Virus record (IMG/VR): IMGVR_UViG_2654588115_000002
Location: 3,472-67,471 of that record
Source of the DNA: a virus
Lineage: Duplodnaviria > Caudoviricetes
Length of the DNA: 64,000 nucleotides
Strand: one strand, 5' to 3'
Made by a program: the position numbers and the translations under genes. Below, one piece after another: positions 21,704 through 31,080 of the stretch. Under the pieces are notes generated by a model that saw only the letters and a program-made list of their open reading frames with translations, did not search any database and was not told the DNA's origin. How positions within the stretch are numbered: the first letter of the stretch is position 1; each line of letters opens with the position of its first letter.

Positions 21704-22183
21704 ATGAAAATCACAATGTACTACGAGGATAAGAACCATCCTACCATCCTGGATGTCCCGGATGAGGAATGCTCTGTAATGGTGGAGACGGATTACCAGC
21801 AGAGACTGGCAGAGGCTGAAGACAAATATAAGGTCAGCAGGCGTACCGTTCAGGAAATTATGGATGAGGATTTCAGCAAGCCCACATTCAATCGGAATCA
21901 TGCAGAGACGCGCCGTCATGTTTTGCTGTCTGCCTATGATCCTGAGGGGCAGTCTGTTGAGGGAATGCCGGATATTCAGTCCGAGTTGTTGGATAAAGAT
22001 GAATATGCAGATTTATACCATGCCATACAAAAGCTGCGCCCCAGGCAGAGAGAGCTTCTGCGCAAGGTGTTTTGGGAGGAAATTCGACAGACGGATATTG
22101 CCAAAGAAGAGGGCGTGGGAAAATCTGCTATCAGCCAGAGGCTGACCACCATCTGTAATCGGTTGAGAAAATTTCTGTCCTGA
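21704..22183 (+). CDS. phage sigma-70 region-4-like transcription factor
   Basis: C-terminal 'AIQKLRPRQRELLRKVFWEEIRQTDIAKEEGVGKSAISQRL' HTH; AAAGGA RBS. Confidence 0.8.
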   Translation: MKITMYYEDKNHPTILDVPDEECSVMVETDYQQRLAEAEDKYKVSRRTVQEIMDEDFSKPTFNRNHAETRRHVLLSAYDPEGQSVEGMPDIQSELLDKDEYADLYHAIQKLRPRQRELLRKVFWEEIRQTDIAKEEGVGKSAISQRLTTICNRLRKFLS

Positions 22184-22200
22184 AAAAATTTATTTTAGAT

Positions 22201-22238
22201 AAAACCTAAACTTTCCCTGTTTTGGTGGGCTACCTATG
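22201..22238 (+). promoter_or_regulatory. bipartite motif, copy 1 (putative phage-sigma promoter)
   Basis: AAAACCTAAACTTT-N11-TGGGCTACCTATG, repeated at 53290-53327. Confidence 0.6.
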
Positions 22239-22279
22239 AAGGGACAAACAATAACAACCCTTCGGAAAGGAAATATGCG

Positions 22280-22492
22280 ATGAAGCATACATTAAACATC
22301 AAGGTATCCAAGGAAAAGGACAATGGTGGCATCATGACCTGCCGTCAGTTGACTGTGAGGGAGCGTCTGTTGCGTTTTCTCATGGGAAGTCCGGTAAAGC
22401 TGACGGTCATTGTGCCGGGAGATTCCGTGGATGAGGTTGCGATTATTGAAAACGGAAGGGGGAAATCCTATGCCAGCAAGACCACTGTATGA
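22280..22492 (+). CDS. conserved phage hypothetical protein
   Basis: AAGGA RBS; 'LTVIVPGDSVDEVAI' motif; first gene of the replication operon. Confidence 0.7.
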   Translation: MKHTLNIKVSKEKDNGGIMTCRQLTVRERLLRFLMGSPVKLTVIVPGDSVDEVAIIENGRGKSYASKTTV

Positions 22493-22979
22493 ACTTGCCG
22501 CAGGGTACAACAATCTCTTCGAGCTTGTGCTGGATGACACGGTGGATTTGTCTTTATTGGAGGAAGGTCTGGAATCTATCGAGTGTGAGCTGAAGGAAAA
22601 ATGTGCCAACGGCATCGCCCTCATTAAGTCGCTAGAACAGTATGCTGCTGCCTATAAGCAGGAGAAACAACGCTTCGAGCGACAGCAGGCTGTCCTGGAA
22701 AATCGGATTAAGCGCATCAAGGAATGGTATCGCCAGAATCTGGATGCTATGGGCAAGACCAAGGTGCCGACCAAGTATGGCGTGATGAGCGTACAGAACA
22801 ATGGTGGCAAGGCTCCCTTGAAGGTTGACAACCAGTCCTTGATTCCTGAGGAATATCTCACGGTTGTACCCGAACACAAAGAGGTAAATAGCGAAGCCCT
22901 GTATGCGGCTTTGAAAGAAGGCGCTGTTGTGCCAGGGGCTCATCTGGAAGAGCGCGGCAGAAGCCTGCGGATTCGTTAG
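22470..22979 (+). CDS. siphovirus Gp157-family protein
   Basis: 'LYELAAGY', coiled coil, 'IPEEY...LKEGAVVPGAHLEERGRSLRIR' ending. Confidence 0.85.
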   Translation: MPARPLYELAAGYNNLFELVLDDTVDLSLLEEGLESIECELKEKCANGIALIKSLEQYAAAYKQEKQRFERQQAVLENRIKRIKEWYRQNLDAMGKTKVPTKYGVMSVQNNGGKAPLKVDNQSLIPEEYLTVVPEHKEVNSEALYAALKEGAVVPGAHLEERGRSLRIR

Positions 22980-22990
22980 GAGGAGATATC

Positions 22991-23944
22991 ATGCTCAATA
23001 TTACCAAGGGAAAAATCAACCGCGCTCAAAAGGTGGTCATTTATGGCCCGGAGGGAATTGGCAAATCCAGTCTGGCAGCTAAATTCCCAGAGCCACTGTT
23101 TATCGACACCGAGGGTGGTACTGCTCAGATGGATGTCCGCCGCATCGATAAGCCCCAAAGATGGGAAGACCTGCTGGCGGTGGTGCAGGAAGTGGCGGTA
23201 ACTCCGAATGTATGTAAGTCTTTGATCCTGGACACCGCCGATTGGGCAGAGCAGCTTATCGTTGATTATCTCTGTACCAAGTACAAGCAAAACTCCATTG
23301 AGTCTTTCGGCTATGGCAAAGGCTATACCTATCTGGCAGAGGAATTTACCCGCCTGCTGAATGGTTTCGACCAGCTGCTGACCGCAAACATTCATGTGGT
23401 GGTTACAGCTCATGCCAAGATGCGCAAGTTCGAGCAGCCGGATGAAATGGGTGCCTATGACCGCTGGGAGATGAAGCTGTCCAAGCAGGTGGCTCCGCTC
23501 CTGAAGGAATGGTGTGATTTGCTACTGTTCTGTAACTATCAGACCTTCGTGGTGACTTCGGAGAACAACACGCAGAAAGCCCAGGGCGGCAAGCGGGTAA
23601 TGTACACGTCACATCATCCGGCCTGGGATGCCAAAAATCGTGTTCAATTGCCGGAAGTGTTGGAGCTGGATTATAAGCATCTTGCGCATATCTTTGCTGA
23701 ACTGCCAAGTCAGCCAATGGAGACAAAAGCAGCTGAGCAGACATCAGCAGATGCTCTGCGGGAAGTAATGGAAAGGTATGGTGTATCGGAAGATGAAGTC
23801 CGGCAGGTGGTAGCGGCCAGGGGGAAATATCCTGCCACCACGGGCATCGATGATTATTCGGATGAGTTCGTCTTCGGGTATGTCATCAAATACTGGGATC
23901 AGATTATGGAGTTGATTGAACAGAGCCGAAAGGCAAAACAGTAA
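22991..23944 (+). CDS. AAA_24 / Sak4-like phage ATPase
   Basis: Walker A GPEGIGKS, 'FIDTEGG', 'GYGKGY', 'AKNR'. Confidence 0.85.
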   Translation: MLNITKGKINRAQKVVIYGPEGIGKSSLAAKFPEPLFIDTEGGTAQMDVRRIDKPQRWEDLLAVVQEVAVTPNVCKSLILDTADWAEQLIVDYLCTKYKQNSIESFGYGKGYTYLAEEFTRLLNGFDQLLTANIHVVVTAHAKMRKFEQPDEMGAYDRWEMKLSKQVAPLLKEWCDLLLFCNYQTFVVTSENNTQKAQGGKRVMYTSHHPAWDAKNRVQLPEVLELDYKHLAHIFAELPSQPMETKAAEQTSADALREVMERYGVSEDEVRQVVAARGKYPATTGIDDYSDEFVFGYVIKYWDQIMELIEQSRKAKQ

Positions 23945-23957
23945 AGGGGACAAGTAT

Positions 23958-24458
23958 ATGGCAGATAACAATAGCAACAATGTGGCACTGGACTGGAATG
24001 ACACCATCGAGAATGATGGGCAGGAGTTTATCATTCTGCCGGAAGGTGACTATAACTTCGTGGTGTCCAATTTTGAGCGGGGCAGGTTTCCGGGCAGTGC
24101 CAAGATGCAGGCAAGCAATAAGGCTACCCTGACCTTGCAGGTGGAGACCGAAGAAGGCGTGGCCAGCATCCGTACGGATCTTATTTTGAACCGTATGCTG
24201 GAGTGGCGTATCTCTGCATTCTTCCGTGCTATCGGCAGGAAGAAGCATGGCGAGAAACTTGTGATGAACTGGAATAACCTCGTGGGAGCCAAGGGGCGCG
24301 CTCATTTTAAGCCGCGCAAGTACACCGACCGGGATGGTAATGAGAAACAGGCCAATGATGTGGAGCGTTTCTACGATTACGATGAGAAAAATTTCCCTGC
24401 CAGTAATTCCGCCTTCGGGGAGACGATTCCCATGAGCAATGGGCAGATACCGTTTTAA
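23958..24458 (+). CDS. DUF669-like phage ssDNA-binding protein
   Basis: 'LPEGDYNF' start, aromatic 'IPF' end, position after a Sak4-like gene. Confidence 0.65.
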   Translation: MADNNSNNVALDWNDTIENDGQEFIILPEGDYNFVVSNFERGRFPGSAKMQASNKATLTLQVETEEGVASIRTDLILNRMLEWRISAFFRAIGRKKHGEKLVMNWNNLVGAKGRAHFKPRKYTDRDGNEKQANDVERFYDYDEKNFPASNSAFGETIPMSNGQIPF

Positions 24459-24473
24459 GGAGGAGGCAGCAGA

Positions 24474-26066
24474 TTGTTTGAGCTAAGGCCATATCAAGCC
24501 GAAGCAAAACAGGCTGTCCTGACTGAGTGGAGCGAGGGGCATCGGAAGACGCTCCTCGTACTCTGCACAGGTCTTGGCAAGACCATCGTGTTTTCTTCGG
24601 TTGCAGAACATCAGGTAAATCTTGGCCATCGGGTGCTAATTATGGCGCATCGTGGGGAATTGTTAACCCAGGCAGCCGATAAGCTGAAGCTGGTCACGGG
24701 GCTGGATGCTGTATTTGAACAGGGCAGCAGCCGCAGCATAGACAGTTTTCTGCCGGTGACAGTTGGCTCGGTGCAGTCCTTATCCCAGGAGAAAAGGCTG
24801 GCCAGTTTCCCGTATGACTATTTCCAGGACATCATCGTGGATGAAGCGCATCACTGCTTGTCGGACAGTTACCAGCGGGTGCTGGAGCATTTTCCGCAGG
24901 CCAATATCCTGGGCGTTACGGCAACGCCGGACCGTGGCGATAAACAGACTTTGGGGCAGTTCTTTGATTCCCAGGCCTATGAGTATTCCATGAGCAAAGC
25001 CATAAGGGAAGGCTACCTGTCACCGGTGAAAGCCAGAATGATTCCCCTGAAGGTGGATATCAGTAAGGCCGGTGTAACTGGCGGTGACTATAATGCTGCC
25101 GACATTGGGTGTGCCTTGGAGCCATATCTCATGCAGATTGCCAAGGTTATGGCAGAGTATTGCCGTGGCAGAAAAACGGTGGTTTTTTTGCCACTTATAG
25201 CAACGTCCCGGAAATTTTGCCAAATGCTAAATGACAATGGACTGCGATCAGCAGAGGTCAACGGCAACAGCGAAAACCGCAGTGAAATCCTTACAGACTT
25301 TGAGCAGGGCCGGTACGATGTGCTCTGCAATTCCATGCTGCTGACAGAGGGCTGGGATTGTCCGGCAGTGGATTGCGTAGTGGTGCTCAGGCCGACCAAG
25401 GTGCGAAGCCTCTACCAGCAAATGGTGGGGCGAGGAATGCGGCTATCGCCGGGAAAAACGGAGCTTCTGTTGCTGGACTTCCTTTGGCTGACCGAACGGC
25501 ATGACTTATGCAAGCCATCCTCCCTCATTGCTAGGAATGAGAAAATTGCCGAGGCCATGGATGCACAGATGGCAGAATCCCCGGAGGAGTTTGACCTTAT
25601 CGAAGCCGAGGAACAGGCCGAGCAGGATGTACTCAAGGAACGGGAAGATGCACTGGCCAGAGAACTGGCACTGATGCGGAGCAAAAAGAAAAAGTTGGTA
25701 GACCCCATACAATATGCCCTGTCCATTGCAGCAGAGGATTTGGCAGGTTATGAACCCACCTTCCCTTGGGAGATGGGACCGCCATCGGAAAAACAGCTGG
25801 CGTTTCTGGAGCGGCGGGGAATTTTTCCCAATGCGGTGGAAAATGCTGGACTGGCATCCCTGCTGATCGACCGATTGAAACGCCGTCAGGAGGAAGGCTT
25901 GGCAACACCCAAGCAGATACGCTGCCTGGAGCGTTTCGGTTTCCGGCAGGTGGGAACCTGGCAGTTTGCCGATGCCAATCGGTTGATTTCAAGATTGGCC
26001 GTGAATCGCTGGTGCATTCCGCGAGGAATCAATCCAGCAATATATGTACCGAGAAAGGTTGTGTGA
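24474..26066 (+). CDS. DEAD/DEAH-box SF2 helicase
   Basis: 'LRPYQ', 'TGLGKT', 'DEAHH', 'TATP', 'QMVGRGMR'. Confidence 0.92.
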   Translation: MFELRPYQAEAKQAVLTEWSEGHRKTLLVLCTGLGKTIVFSSVAEHQVNLGHRVLIMAHRGELLTQAADKLKLVTGLDAVFEQGSSRSIDSFLPVTVGSVQSLSQEKRLASFPYDYFQDIIVDEAHHCLSDSYQRVLEHFPQANILGVTATPDRGDKQTLGQFFDSQAYEYSMSKAIREGYLSPVKARMIPLKVDISKAGVTGGDYNAADIGCALEPYLMQIAKVMAEYCRGRKTVVFLPLIATSRKFCQMLNDNGLRSAEVNGNSENRSEILTDFEQGRYDVLCNSMLLTEGWDCPAVDCVVVLRPTKVRSLYQQMVGRGMRLSPGKTELLLLDFLWLTERHDLCKPSSLIARNEKIAEAMDAQMAESPEEFDLIEAEEQAEQDVLKEREDALARELALMRSKKKKLVDPIQYALSIAAEDLAGYEPTFPWEMGPPSEKQLAFLERRGIFPNAVENAGLASLLIDRLKRRQEEGLATPKQIRCLERFGFRQVGTWQFADANRLISRLAVNRWCIPRGINPAIYVPRKVV

Positions 26067-26069
26067 CGG

Positions 26070-28076
26070 ATGGATAATAATATTTTAGCTGCATTAGGCA
26101 GCTTGGATGTATCTGCCTTGAGTAGAGCAGAATGGATACAGGTAGGCATGGCGCTGAAGGAGGAAGGCTATCCCTGCTCGATATGGGATGACTGGAGTCG
26201 TAACGACAAGCGGTACCATCCCGGAGAATGTGAAAAGAAATGGGCAGGATTTAACGGTAATAACACGCCGGTAAAGGGCGGCACTATTGTGCAGATGGCC
26301 AAAGACCGTGGCTGGATGCCCTGTGCAGAAGGCGCTATGGCCTGGGATGACACCATTGAGTATGACGGCAACGATGGATTCAATGGATTCACCCCACCGG
26401 ATGCCTGGAATCCTACCGAAGACCTGATCACCTATCTGGAACTGCTTTTTGATAAAGATGATCGGGTAGGATATGTAACAGGTGATGTGTGGCAGGATAG
26501 TGAAGGCCGGTGGCTCCCCAGCAAAGGGGTATATGACCGCACGGCAGGTGAGCTGATTGCATCCCTTAGAAAACACCCTGACGATATTGGTGCTACAGTC
26601 GGTGATTGGAAAACGGAAGTCGGTGGCTGGATTCGCTTCAATCCGCTGGATGGTGAGGGTGTTAAAAACGAGAATGTCACCAGTTTCAAGTTTGCCTTGG
26701 TAGAATCCGATACCCTGTCCATAGCTGAACAGGATGTTATTTTCCGCAAACTGGAACTGCCGATTGCTGCGTTGGTGCATAGCGGTGGCAAGAGCCTCCA
26801 TGCCATTGTGCGGGTGGATGCCGCTGACTACGAGGAATACCGCAAGCGGGTGGAGTTCCTCTATGATTTCCTTGAAAAGCAAGGCGTGGCCATAGATAAG
26901 CAGAACCGCAATCCTTCCAGACTGTCCCGTATGCCGGGAGTTACCAGGAATGGCAATCGCCAGTATCTGGCAGCCACCAATATCGGCAGGAAGTCTTGGA
27001 CGGAGTGGATGGATTATGTGGAAGGTGTGACCGATGAGCTGCCAGCCATGGAATCCCTCGCTGATTATAAAGATAACCCGCCGGAACTGCCGGAAGAACT
27101 GATTCAGGGGATTTTGCGACGGGGACATAAGATGCTGATCTCCGGCTCGTCCAAGGCAGGCAAGTCCTTCCTGCTGATGGAACTTTGCGTGGCCATAGCC
27201 GAAGGTAAGAAATGGCTGGGCTTTCCCTGCCGAAAGGGACGGGTGCTGTATGTGAACCTGGAGATTGACCCGGCCAGCTGCATCAACCGCTTCCTCAAGA
27301 TTTATGAAGCCCTGAAAATGCCCAAGGAAAACATGGATAGCATTGTGGTTTGGAACCTGCGCGGCCATGCGGTACCTTTAGACCAACTGGTGCCGAAGCT
27401 CATACGCAGAGTGCGCGACCAGCACTTTGATGCCATTGTCATCGATCCGATTTACAAGGTCATTACCGGAGATGAGAATAGTGCTTCCGAGATGGGGCGG
27501 TTCTGCAACCAGTTTGATAAGATTTGCAATGAGACTGGCTGCTCTGCTATTTACTGCCACCATCATAGCAAAGGGGCACAGGGAGCCAAGAAGGCTATTG
27601 ACCGTGCGTCGGGTTCCGGTGTTTTTGCCCGTGATCCGGATGCCCAGCTGGACATGATTCAGCTGGAGCTTTCCGATGATGTGATGAACAACGTTCGTGA
27701 TGGCAATGCTACGGCATGGCGCTTGGAGTCTAACCTGAGGGAGTTTGAGAACATTGCTCCAGTGAACTTTTGGTTTGAATATCCCATTCATTGTATGGAT
27801 AAAGGTGGCTATCTTGACGAAATGCCTGCCCAGGGGAGTTTCGCAGCGGGGCGTATGAAGAACAGCCATTCCAAGACAGCAGACGAGTGTGCCGAGGAAT
27901 TTAGGAATGCTTATCAGGCTCTGAACTTGGATGGAAAAGTTACAGTGCAGGACATGATGGAGTACCTCAATGTGACCGATAAAACCATCTACGCAAGACT
28001 CAAAAAGATGGGCGGCGAGTTTAGCCTGAAAAAGGGGCGTATCATCAGGAATGACGGGGCTTCGAAGGATGTTTAA
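26070..28076 (+). CDS. primase-helicase (PriCT-2-like plus AAA_25/RepA-like)
   Basis: 'WIQVGMALK...WDDWS', 'HSGGKSLHA', Walker A GSSKAGKS, 'IVIDPIY', 'HHHSKG'. Confidence 0.85.
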   Translation: MDNNILAALGSLDVSALSRAEWIQVGMALKEEGYPCSIWDDWSRNDKRYHPGECEKKWAGFNGNNTPVKGGTIVQMAKDRGWMPCAEGAMAWDDTIEYDGNDGFNGFTPPDAWNPTEDLITYLELLFDKDDRVGYVTGDVWQDSEGRWLPSKGVYDRTAGELIASLRKHPDDIGATVGDWKTEVGGWIRFNPLDGEGVKNENVTSFKFALVESDTLSIAEQDVIFRKLELPIAALVHSGGKSLHAIVRVDAADYEEYRKRVEFLYDFLEKQGVAIDKQNRNPSRLSRMPGVTRNGNRQYLAATNIGRKSWTEWMDYVEGVTDELPAMESLADYKDNPPELPEELIQGILRRGHKMLISGSSKAGKSFLLMELCVAIAEGKKWLGFPCRKGRVLYVNLEIDPASCINRFLKIYEALKMPKENMDSIVVWNLRGHAVPLDQLVPKLIRRVRDQHFDAIVIDPIYKVITGDENSASEMGRFCNQFDKICNETGCSAIYCHHHSKGAQGAKKAIDRASGSGVFARDPDAQLDMIQLELSDDVMNNVRDGNATAWRLESNLREFENIAPVNFWFEYPIHCMDKGGYLDEMPAQGSFAAGRMKNSHSKTADECAEEFRNAYQALNLDGKVTVQDMMEYLNVTDKTIYARLKKMGGEFSLKKGRIIRNDGASKDV

Positions 28077-28236
28077 CAAAATTATTCTTCTACACTGAAT
28101 ATATATAAATATATATTCAAGAAAAGTCGTTACACTCCCGAAGTGGGAAGGGCTTAAAAGCCTGCCCTTCCCCTTCGAGGAGAGTAACGTAACATAAACA
28201 GCAAAGACAAAGCAAAAAGAAAGCAGGTGTAGAAAT

Positions 28237-28704
28237 ATGAGATTCTTTTTAGATATCAACCCGCCGACAGCAACGGCACAGGAAAAGTCTGTACGGATTG
28301 TGCATGGCAGACCAATCTTTTATGAACCGGCAAACTTAAAACAGGCCAAGGCATTGCTGATGAATAGCCTTGCTGCACATAAACCGGCAGACCCTATGCA
28401 GGGAGCATTGGAGCTTCGGACTACTTGGCTGTTTCCCGTTGGCAAATCACATAAATGTGGAGAGTGGCGCGTCACCCGCCCGGATACCGATAACCTCCAG
28501 AAACTGCTGAAAGATTGCATGACTAAGTGCGGTTACTGGAAAGACGATGCCCAGGTGGTTCGGGAGGTTGTCGAAAAGCAGTGGGCAGAAGAGCCTGGGA
28601 TTCACATTGAGGTCAAACAGCTGGGCTCACACCGCATTCTGAGAAAGAATAGCGAAGGTTACAGTGATCCCACGGCAGGGGCTGCACTGAGAAATTGTAA
28701 ATAA
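28237..28704 (+). CDS. rusA: RusA-family Holliday junction resolvase
   Basis: 'RPDTDNLQKLLKDCM...WKDDAQVV'. Confidence 0.85.
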   Translation: MRFFLDINPPTATAQEKSVRIVHGRPIFYEPANLKQAKALLMNSLAAHKPADPMQGALELRTTWLFPVGKSHKCGEWRVTRPDTDNLQKLLKDCMTKCGYWKDDAQVVREVVEKQWAEEPGIHIEVKQLGSHRILRKNSEGYSDPTAGAALRNCK

Positions 28705-28708
28705 AAGT

Positions 28709-29182
28709 GTGGAGGCGATACTCGTGAATATTATCTGGCAGTATCTTGATAAGCGTGGCGCTGCAATAAAGGCCGTCAAGGATTACAGCAGTATGCAATA
28801 CATCCTCGAACATACCGAAGAGGAAATCGCCGGAGCCAAGGAACGTCAGGTGGGGCTACGTGCCAGTCAGTTGGATGGAATGCCCAAGAGCCATAATCCT
28901 GCTGCGGCGGAGAATCGTATGGTGAACGCCATTGAGGAAATCAATGTGCTGAAGGAGCGCTATCGGCAGGCAGTTGAGTACATGGGATGGTTTGAGCCAG
29001 CATGGAAGGAGCTATCCGGTGATGAACGATTTTTGTTGGAGGAGTTTTACCAGAATGATTACAGTGACCAGAGCAGTGCCGTGCTGAATATCTGTGATCA
29101 CTTTGGCATTGAACGCACCTCGGCTTACAATCGCAAGAACCGTGCGTTGGAACACCTGACCATATTGCTTTACGGCAAATGA
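28709..29182 (+). CDS. late-gene transcriptional activator (ArpU/RinA-like)
   Basis: Position before HNH/terminase; C-terminal HTH 'ICDHFGIERTSAYNRKNRAL'; start uncertain. Confidence 0.65.
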   Translation: MEAILVNIIWQYLDKRGAAIKAVKDYSSMQYILEHTEEEIAGAKERQVGLRASQLDGMPKSHNPAAAENRMVNAIEEINVLKERYRQAVEYMGWFEPAWKELSGDERFLLEEFYQNDYSDQSSAVLNICDHFGIERTSAYNRKNRALEHLTILLYGK

Positions 29183-29294
29183 GGAATATCGCGGATGAAA
29201 TTCAGTGAAAAAGGTGATATGATAATAGCATAAAGAATTGCCTCTGAGGGAACATAAACCTCAGGGGCATTTTTATTGGACGGAGATGAATGCA

Positions 29295-29651
29295 ATGCCT
29301 ATGAAACCAAAGCGGCCATGCCGGTTCAACGGCTGCCCTAAGTTGACGAATGACAAAAGTGGTTACTGCGAAGACCACCGGAAGATGATGCAACAGCACT
29401 ACGAGCACTTCGCCCGAGGCTATGACCATCACAAGCGGTACGATGAAACCTGGCGGAAGATAAGGAACCACTACATCAACTGCCATCCGTTGTGTGAGCT
29501 GTGCCGGAGTCACGGCAAGTTTAAGGCTGCCCAGCTGGTGCATCACATAAAACCGCTGGCAGACGGTGGCACCCATGACGAGAGCAATCTGCAGAGCCTA
29601 TGCATCTGTTGCCATGAGCAAATTCACAAGCGTAATAAAAAAGACGGCTAA
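29295..29651 (+). CDS. packaging-associated HNH endonuclease
   Basis: 'HPLCELC...VHHIKPLADGGTHDESNLQSLCICCHEQIH'. Confidence 0.9.
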   Translation: MPMKPKRPCRFNGCPKLTNDKSGYCEDHRKMMQQHYEHFARGYDHHKRYDETWRKIRNHYINCHPLCELCRSHGKFKAAQLVHHIKPLADGGTHDESNLQSLCICCHEQIHKRNKKDG

Positions 29652-29660
29652 TAATTGCCG

Positions 29661-29933
29661 TCAAAATAGGTCTGAATGTGTACCTGTGCGAGATGCTGTG
29701 AGAATTAATTGACCTTGGTCGATTGCATAAATTAATAGCCAATCGGGCTGGATGTGGCATTCGCGGAACCCAATGTAGTCACCAACTAAGGCATGGTCGC
29801 GGTACTTATCGTCTAAAGGGACTTCATTTTGTAGTGTCTTTAAAACATCATCAAGTAAGGTGAGGTTGTACCCCCGTTTACGAATTCGCTTTAAGTCTTT
29901 TTTGAACTGACTGGTGATTACTAAGTCAAGCAT
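29661..29933 (-). CDS. yafQ: YafQ-family mRNA interferase toxin
   Basis: 'FKKDLK', 'YRDHAL.GDY.GFRECHIQPDWLLIY', 'RTGTHSDLF'. Confidence 0.92.
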   Translation of the reverse strand: MLDLVITSQFKKDLKRIRKRGYNLTLLDDVLKTLQNEVPLDDKYRDHALVGDYIGFRECHIQPDWLLIYAIDQGQLILTASRTGTHSDLF

Positions 29934-30219
29934 GGGTATCCTCCGCATCCATGTCGCTTAGTATGCTGGACAAAGAGTCATAGCGCTTGGCTTCTACTTT
30001 ACCAGCCATGATGTCCCTGGCTTCTTGCATAGCCTGAAGAGTGGCACGGTTGTATTTAGGTTTGCGCGGTTGGAAGGGAAAGCCACCTTCCATGATAGAT
30101 GCGTGAAGAAAGACATTTATAGCATCCGTTACAGAGATGCCAAAACTAGAAAATACTGCTTCAGCCTGAGCTTTAATATTGGGTTCAATACGAAGATTGA
30201 TATTTGCTGTTTTAGCCAT
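29926..30219 (-). CDS. dinJ: RelB/DinJ-family antitoxin
   Basis: 'KTANINLRIEPNIKAQAEAVF...GISVTDAINVFL...GGFPF'; overlaps the toxin start; GGAGG RBS. Confidence 0.88.
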   Translation of the reverse strand: MAKTANINLRIEPNIKAQAEAVFSSFGISVTDAINVFLHASIMEGGFPFQPRKPKYNRATLQAMQEARDIMAGKVEAKRYDSLSSILSDMDAEDTHA

Positions 30220-30238
30220 GGGAATCCCTCCTTTACTT

Positions 30239-30274
30239 AGTATTGTAACGCAAAAGTTAAACAAATGCAATACT
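30239..30274 (-). promoter_or_regulatory. TA promoter with overlapping inverted-repeat operator
   Basis: Minus strand TTGCAT-17-TACAAT inside the inverted repeat AGTATTGT / GCAATACT. Confidence 0.7.
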
Positions 30275-30277
30275 GAA

Positions 30278-30366
30278 GGGGAGGGGCGGGTGAAATCTCT
30301 AAAAGCCCCCGATTGCCCGTCCGGCGTGGGCTTTCACGCAAAAAAAGCGGAATTCAAACGGGGGAA
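30278..30366 (+). other. putative cos / packaging-initiation region
   Basis: G-rich GGGGAGGGGCGGGTGAAATCTCT ... TTCAAACGGGGG between HNH and small terminase, the usual position in HNH-associated cos phages. Confidence 0.5.
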
Positions 30367-30528
30367 TAGGGCGGGGCTCAACCGATTGTCCGTAAACGCC
30401 GATGTAACGGGGCTTCACGGTGATGGCTATTGCAGAGTGGTTTTGTCATATCGTTTGAAAAAATGCCGATTTTGTTTGAAAAACCTTTGAAAAAATCCAG
30501 AAATCAAAGGACGAAGGGAGTGATGAAG

Positions 30529-31065
30529 ATGGCCAAAGATGGAACCAATCGCGGCGGTGCCAGAGCTGGTGCCGGACGCAAGAAAAAAGCCCTCGCCGAT
30601 AAAATCAGCGAGGGCAAGACTGCCAAGGTGACGGTGCTGCCAACGGCCAATCTCCAGGGCGTGGAAATGCCCGCTCCCAAGGAGTACATGAAAGCACCCC
30701 AGAAGAACGGGCAGGAAAATTATGCGGTGGAGATTTACGAGAAGACCTGGAACTGGCTGAACCAGAAGGGCTGTGCTGAACTGGTGAGTCAGGAACTCAT
30801 CGAGCACTACGCCATGAGCGTATCCCGTTGGATTCAGTGCCAGAATGCCATTTCCAATTATGGATTCCTGGCAAAGCATCCAACAACAGGGGCAGCTATC
30901 GTATCGCCCTATGTGAACATTGGCCTGCAGTATATGAAACAGGTCAATCAGCTGTGGTATCAGATTTACCAGGTGGTCAAGGAAAACTGCTCGGACAACT
31001 ACCGGGGAGCCAACCCGCAGGAAGATGTGATGGAGCGCCTTTTGCGGTCACGTATGAATCATTGA
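30529..31065 (+). CDS. terminase small subunit (P27 family)
   Basis: 'MAKDGTNRGGARAGAGRKKK', 'GAAIVSPYV', 'DVMERLL'. Confidence 0.85.
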   Translation: MAKDGTNRGGARAGAGRKKKALADKISEGKTAKVTVLPTANLQGVEMPAPKEYMKAPQKNGQENYAVEIYEKTWNWLNQKGCAELVSQELIEHYAMSVSRWIQCQNAISNYGFLAKHPTTGAAIVSPYVNIGLQYMKQVNQLWYQIYQVVKENCSDNYRGANPQEDVMERLLRSRMNH

Positions 31066-31080
31066 TTGGAGGTGTGCTTA

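Noticed and set aside
26094-28259. Long minus-strand ORFs opposite the primase-helicase
   Set aside because: Shadow frames of a well-supported + strand gene
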